A DNA stretch of 38,492 nt from a virus (Duplodnaviria > Caudoviricetes): positions 1-38,492 of IMG/VR virus record IMGVR_UViG_3300049485_000101, one strand, 5' to 3'. Position 1 is the stretch's first letter, and each line of letters opens with the position of its first letter. The translations under genes were made by a program, and so were the position numbers. Of this stretch, positions 34,621 through 38,492 are shown piece by piece. The notes under the pieces were generated by a model. The model was not told where the DNA came from. It ran no database searches and saw nothing but the letters and a program-made list of their open reading frames with translations.

Positions 34621-34919
34621 TACATTTTTCTCCATTTATTTCGATTATCGATCCATGTACTCGCACAATTATCATACTTATTCCAATCATCGGCATTTTG
34701 TCCAGTGAGTTTGACAAATCGGATTCTTCGAGCGCGTTTGATGATGTGATGTTCAGTACCAATGAGTTCAGGCAACTTGTTTTTTTTCTCAAATGATTCC
34801 ATTTCACGCCATTCGCATTGATTACAGAGTGACTTAGACAACCTTTTGTTTCGCGCATTTCTGTTTAAGAAAGAAGTTTGAGTATGATTGCATATAAACT
34901 TCACGGTTACAGTTTCCAT
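34620..34919 (-). CDS. Hypothetical phage protein
   Basis: AAAGGA RBS fits ATG 34919; CNH..CNQC..LPELIGTE..A..IR..ASTWIDNR. Confidence 0.65.
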   Translation of the reverse strand: METVTVKFICNHTQTSFLNRNARNKRLSKSLCNQCEWREMESFEKKNKLPELIGTEHHIIKRARRIRFVKLTGQNADDWNKYDNCASTWIDNRNKWRKM

Positions 34920-34953
34920 TGACATCCTTTGATTAAATGGAGATAGTTTTATT

Positions 34954-35018
34954 GCGGACTGTTTCAGTGTACGTACACGGCAATAGTTTAAACTATTTCA
35001 CACTATTGCCCAGTCCGT
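34954..35018. ncRNA. Putative three-way-junction structured RNA
   Basis: Outer stem CGGACTG/CAGTCCG enclosing GTGT-acgt-ACAC and GGCAATAGT/ACTATTGCC. Confidence 0.5.
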
Positions 35019-35078
35019 CCAAATTTATAAATTAATTTTCAGATTGTATAGTACATAATTTTTATTGGTGCAATATGA

Positions 35079-35657
35079 TCATGACCATTGATCTGCTATG
35101 GCATCTGCAATTCCTTGAAATGTGATTGATCTTTTTTTTGCTCTGTCTTTTCCATATTTGTTAAACCAATCTGCTTTTGAAGTAGGTATTGGATTATCAA
35201 CTATATTGGTTGGTTTTAAATTAGGAAGATTTTTTAACCACAATAAAGTTTTCTTTTGAAATGGCTCTCCAAAATAGTATGGTTGAATAATTTGTGTATA
35301 TTTTGGCATATCAAATATTCTTGCTTGAACAGGATTTTCTATACAAATTTTAGGAATATTTGCGTTCAAAAGTGTTAGAAAAAATTCTTTTGCTTTTAAA
35401 CCTAATTTGTATCGTTCTTGATTCAAAACACCTTTTGGAAATAAAACACCATTTGCGCAATTTGAAAGATATGTACACGGGGGGTGTGCGATCATTAATT
35501 CCCAGCCACAATCCAAGTGTTTCAGTACATCATCCATGATATGATAATGGCTATTATCATCTGAAGGGATAATATCGCACGACCACGCCTCATGGCCTTT
35601 TTTACGAAAGGCTGAACGTATTCTACCTGAAAACTCACACGCAATCAAAATTTTCAT
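35079..35657 (-). CDS. Short DNA cytosine methyltransferase-like protein
   Basis: MKILIACEFSG, WSCDI, AHPPCTYL (PC motif), IENP, RSITFQGIADAIADQW. Confidence 0.75.
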   Translation of the reverse strand: MKILIACEFSGRIRSAFRKKGHEAWSCDIIPSDDNSHYHIMDDVLKHLDCGWELMIAHPPCTYLSNCANGVLFPKGVLNQERYKLGLKAKEFFLTLLNANIPKICIENPVQARIFDMPKYTQIIQPYYFGEPFQKKTLLWLKNLPNLKPTNIVDNPIPTSKADWFNKYGKDRAKKRSITFQGIADAIADQWS

Positions 35658-35661
35658 GAGT

Positions 35662-35853
35662 TTACATTTTTCTTTTGCGTGGTTTTCCTACTTTGTAACC
35701 TTTTGCTCTAGCCTCACTCATTGCGACTGCCAAAGCTTGTTTCGGTTTTGTAATCAGTTTACCTGTTTTCGAGCCAGAATGAAGTTCACCCTCTGAAAAT
35801 TCTTTTAAAACCTTTTTAATCTTAGATTTCGCTTTCTTTGATTCTTTCATCAT
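35662..35853 (-). CDS. Small basic protein (DUF6496-like)
   Basis: KIKKVLKEF..GELHSGS..G......KQALAVAMSEAR. Confidence 0.8.
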   Translation of the reverse strand: MMKESKKAKSKIKKVLKEFSEGELHSGSKTGKLITKPKQALAVAMSEARAKGYKVGKPRKRKM

Positions 35854-35943
35854 ATTTCCTTATATAATATTCGAGATTGTTATAAAACGGATCAGCCAAA
35901 AAGTAAAACATGGAACAATTAAATTGATAATTTTGGAGTGGGG

Positions 35944-38061
35944 TCATTTCGTTATGTTCTCTAATTTCTTGTTTATATGTTCGCCAATCTTAACGGCGGA
36001 GTCAACAGCGCTGCGCTCGTTTTCACTGACTATTTTTGCAGCCTTTAATTCCTGTTCAATGCCTACATTTTGAATGTTGGCTAGGGTATCAATGCGCTTT
36101 GTTTCCGCCTCCATAGCTTTAATTGACACGTTTGCAGCATCATTCTTTGCCTTGGCTTGTACAAGCATTGCGCCAACCTCGCCTTCTGTCGGGCTTTGAA
36201 TTTGTTTTTGCAGTGCGGCCATACTCATAGCCTGCTCTTGTGCTTGTTGTTGCAATTGTTGTTGTTGTGCCTGCATTGCTTGTTGTTGTTGAGCCTTTTG
36301 ACGTTCCATCCAAAAATTTGCTTTCTCTTTGAGCTGATCAATGCCACGAATATCAAGATTATCAAGTATAACAGGCAAGCCTTCTTCATTAAAGAACTGG
36401 CCAAATCCTTGGTTTGCTTGGCTCATGGCTATCACCGTTTGCAATGATATCTCCTTTTGCATCGAGAAGTTCACACCAGCCTCGACCTTAACTTGCAAGT
36501 GATTGGGATCGTAGTTCATGTATAATGATCCCTTTTTATTGATCTCGTAATAACTGCGTTTTCCGTCAGGAAGTAAAATTGGAAGTGATCTAGGTGTGCG
36601 GTAGTATTTTGGAATTAAATCAACAATAATTTCTGCAACCCTATTCAGACCTTTTATATAACCGATCACGTATGGCATGCTTGCATTGTTACTTTGAATT
36701 GCAGATCGTGCAAAAGAAACGCCCGACATATCCGCCCTATTTAATCCTGCTGCGGCATCATAGTTTCCAAGAATAGTTTGCATTTGCTGATCAGTTGACG
36801 AAAAAGTGTTTGGAATTTCGCCAGGTATTGGTGCGCGTTGTACTTCTCTTGGTGCTTGCAACTGGACATTTGGGTCATTATTTAGAAATTGATTAAATAC
36901 AAGTGTATCAGCCTTCTGAACATTCTGGTATGCCTCTTGGTAATCCTCAGGAATGGCTTCAATCGGAACAATGAACTTGTGTTGAATTGTATTTTCAATT
37001 TCGTTGGCAAGAGATTGTCCCGCCACATTTTTCAGACGTTGCAATCCCTCCCCATGATACACGTACGGCCTCGTCATTTGAGTGTACGAACCACCGTCCT
37101 TTAGAAAGACGCTGTTACCATCAACAAACACAAGCGGGAGATGGTTATAATCAGTCTCGATGTAATCAAGAACCCTGTTTTCACATACTCTATATCGGCA
37201 AATTGTTTGAAGGTTGGTTATGCGTTCAGAAACAATGACAGGAACCTGTTCAATGAAATTTGTTTGTTTCCATTCTTCGACAAATTTCTCATAGTGTTTT
37301 TTGACAATGACTTGGCCTGTCGAGAGTTTGCAGATTTTCTCGCGCTTCTTTTTCTTTTCGTAGTAATCGCAAACAAGGACAATTTTTTCATTGTCATTTT
37401 GGTAGCTCCAATCGAATCCAGAGAGGCTTCGAGTGAATTTCATTTCCCTCGCGGCTTCTGCTCCAAATTCTTCCTCGAACTTGTCTTTTGACATTGGATA
37501 TAGTTCGGCACAGAATTTACCGTCACCTTTGTGGCTTTTACGTGCCAAGGGGTCAAATATCGTCAAGGTTGGATCAAAACAACGCTCCACATATATATTC
37601 TGTTCCATTGACATGCTGTTCACATAGTCAGTAAAAACACGCATGACGCTGAATCCGCCAGCCAACAGATCGGAATAAATATTGTAGTCAAGCATGTCGT
37701 TTGAGCCTTCCGAGAAGACACACCGCAAATGGGCTTCGATGACATCGAGTGTTTCGCTGAAATTCCGATCCAACATGTTGACTGGAAGGCCGTCTGCGGC
37801 GCGAACTGTTAGGGCAGGCTCTTGTTTGGCAAATTCCCCACGCAACCTTGATATGATTGATTCAAGGATGTTAAATTCAATTGAGGGGCGTCCGTTATCT
37901 GCTAACGTCGCGGCCTCATCATCAGTGATGGAGCTTTTAAAGACAAAACGCATGAACTTGTTGTATCGTTCGACGTTTTGACAAAAGTATTGACGCGCGT
38001 CGTCTACAGACTTTTTGATTTCATCAAGACGTTCTGCATATTTTTTAGCTAATTCTTCCAT
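35944..38061 (-). CDS. Portal protein (P22 gp1-like, with C-terminal barrel)
   Basis: 705 aa; RP.IEFN.L, FDPLAR..DG..C, SGV, I.DLIPKYY..PR, Gln-rich C-terminal coiled coil. Confidence 0.92.
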   Translation of the reverse strand: MEELAKKYAERLDEIKKSVDDARQYFCQNVERYNKFMRFVFKSSITDDEAATLADNGRPSIEFNILESIISRLRGEFAKQEPALTVRAADGLPVNMLDRNFSETLDVIEAHLRCVFSEGSNDMLDYNIYSDLLAGGFSVMRVFTDYVNSMSMEQNIYVERCFDPTLTIFDPLARKSHKGDGKFCAELYPMSKDKFEEEFGAEAAREMKFTRSLSGFDWSYQNDNEKIVLVCDYYEKKKKREKICKLSTGQVIVKKHYEKFVEEWKQTNFIEQVPVIVSERITNLQTICRYRVCENRVLDYIETDYNHLPLVFVDGNSVFLKDGGSYTQMTRPYVYHGEGLQRLKNVAGQSLANEIENTIQHKFIVPIEAIPEDYQEAYQNVQKADTLVFNQFLNNDPNVQLQAPREVQRAPIPGEIPNTFSSTDQQMQTILGNYDAAAGLNRADMSGVSFARSAIQSNNASMPYVIGYIKGLNRVAEIIVDLIPKYYRTPRSLPILLPDGKRSYYEINKKGSLYMNYDPNHLQVKVEAGVNFSMQKEISLQTVIAMSQANQGFGQFFNEEGLPVILDNLDIRGIDQLKEKANFWMERQKAQQQQAMQAQQQQLQQQAQEQAMSMAALQKQIQSPTEGEVGAMLVQAKAKNDAANVSIKAMEAETKRIDTLANIQNVGIEQELKAAKIVSENERSAVDSAVKIGEHINKKLENITK

Positions 38062-38170
38062 GAATTACCTTTTTATTATTTAAATTATTATTTAATTATA
38101 TTACCATTTTTTTTGTTATTTTTAAATAATTGTGTTAGATGTATGATTTTATGAATGGAGGATGGAATCT

Positions 38171-38492
38171 ATGAAATTTGAATTTGAGGATGCAGTCGAA
38201 TACGTTCTAAAATGGGAGGGATCGGAATATGTTGATGATCCCGATGACAGGGGGGGTGCATCGAAGTACGGTATAAGTTCTCGTGATCATCCTGATGTTG
38301 ATATTAAAAATCTAACACGCGAACAGGCGATAGAAATTTATAGAAGTGACTATTGGGAGCCGAATCAGGATATATTTGATTGTTTTGAAGGTACTACCAA
38401 TATTTGTTTATATAAAAAATTTAAAAAAAAGATTTTTGATTGTCTTGTAAATATTGGAAGAAAAAATACTATTTTATTACTTCAGCGTGCTT
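38171..38492 (+). CDS. Endolysin, glycoside hydrolase family 108 (5' part; continues across the origin to 348)
   Basis: GGAGG RBS then MKFEFEDAVEYVLKWEGSEYVDDPDDRGGASKYGIS...LTREQAIEIYRSDYW, the GH108 EG..DP.D.GG.TxYGI motif; not in the ORF track. Confidence 0.92.
   Translation, partial: MKFEFEDAVEYVLKWEGSEYVDDPDDRGGASKYGISSRDHPDVDIKNLTREQAIEIYRSDYWEPNQDIFDCFEGTTNICLYKKFKKKIFDCLVNIGRKNTILLLQRA
38366..38492. repeat. Terminal direct repeat, right copy (circular-assembly overlap)
   Basis: Exact copy of bases 1-127. Confidence 0.95.

Noticed and set aside
34954-35018. tRNA or hammerhead ribozyme
   Set aside because: No T-loop, D-loop or anticodon arm geometry and no CUGANGA core on either strand
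35079-35657. Methyltransferase plus HNH as a restriction-modification system
   Set aside because: Genes are about 6 kb apart and both are common stand-alone phage genes
36157-37981. Antisense ORFs within portal (and similar ones within terL, rep, ATPase, exonuclease, protease, coat)
   Set aside because: Shadow frames of well-supported genes without recognisable motifs
38366-38492. 127-bp terminal repeat as a biological direct terminal repeat
   Set aside because: Length equals a common assembler k-mer and it falls in the middle of the endolysin gene

Overview
The window is an apparently complete, circularly assembled genome of an AT-rich, P22-like podophage. Bases 1-127 recur exactly at 38366-38492 (assembly overlap; unit length about 38,365 bp), and a GH108 endolysin gene runs across that junction. 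It encodes a P22-type virion set (TerL, TerS, portal, scaffold, coat, head-tail adaptor, gp10-like hub, three ejection proteins, tail appendages), scattered over at least six blocks on both strands. It also carries a replication initiator with internal iterons, a YqaJ-exonuclease/Sak4-like ATPase/SSB module, candidate anti-defence genes (ArdA, an Acb2/Tad1-like sponge, a short cytosine-MTase-like protein) and a lipoprotein papain-family protease. I recognise no integrase, ParA/B, helicase, polymerase or CI-like repressor. The most striking signals are non-coding: (1) a 28-bp dif-like XerC/XerD site at 13208-13235, suggesting host-Xer-dependent integration or dimer resolution in an integrase-less tailed phage; (2) about seven promoter-hairpin-terminator small-RNA units, many exposing anti-Shine-Dalgarno or anti-AUG sequences, one of them antisense to the initiator RBS; (3) a repeated-hairpin leader in front of the scaffold gene. 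There are also four tandem paralogue pairs and a head-tail adaptor with an inserted tail-fibre-type domain. All calls come from motif recognition by eye; no searches or folding programs were run.
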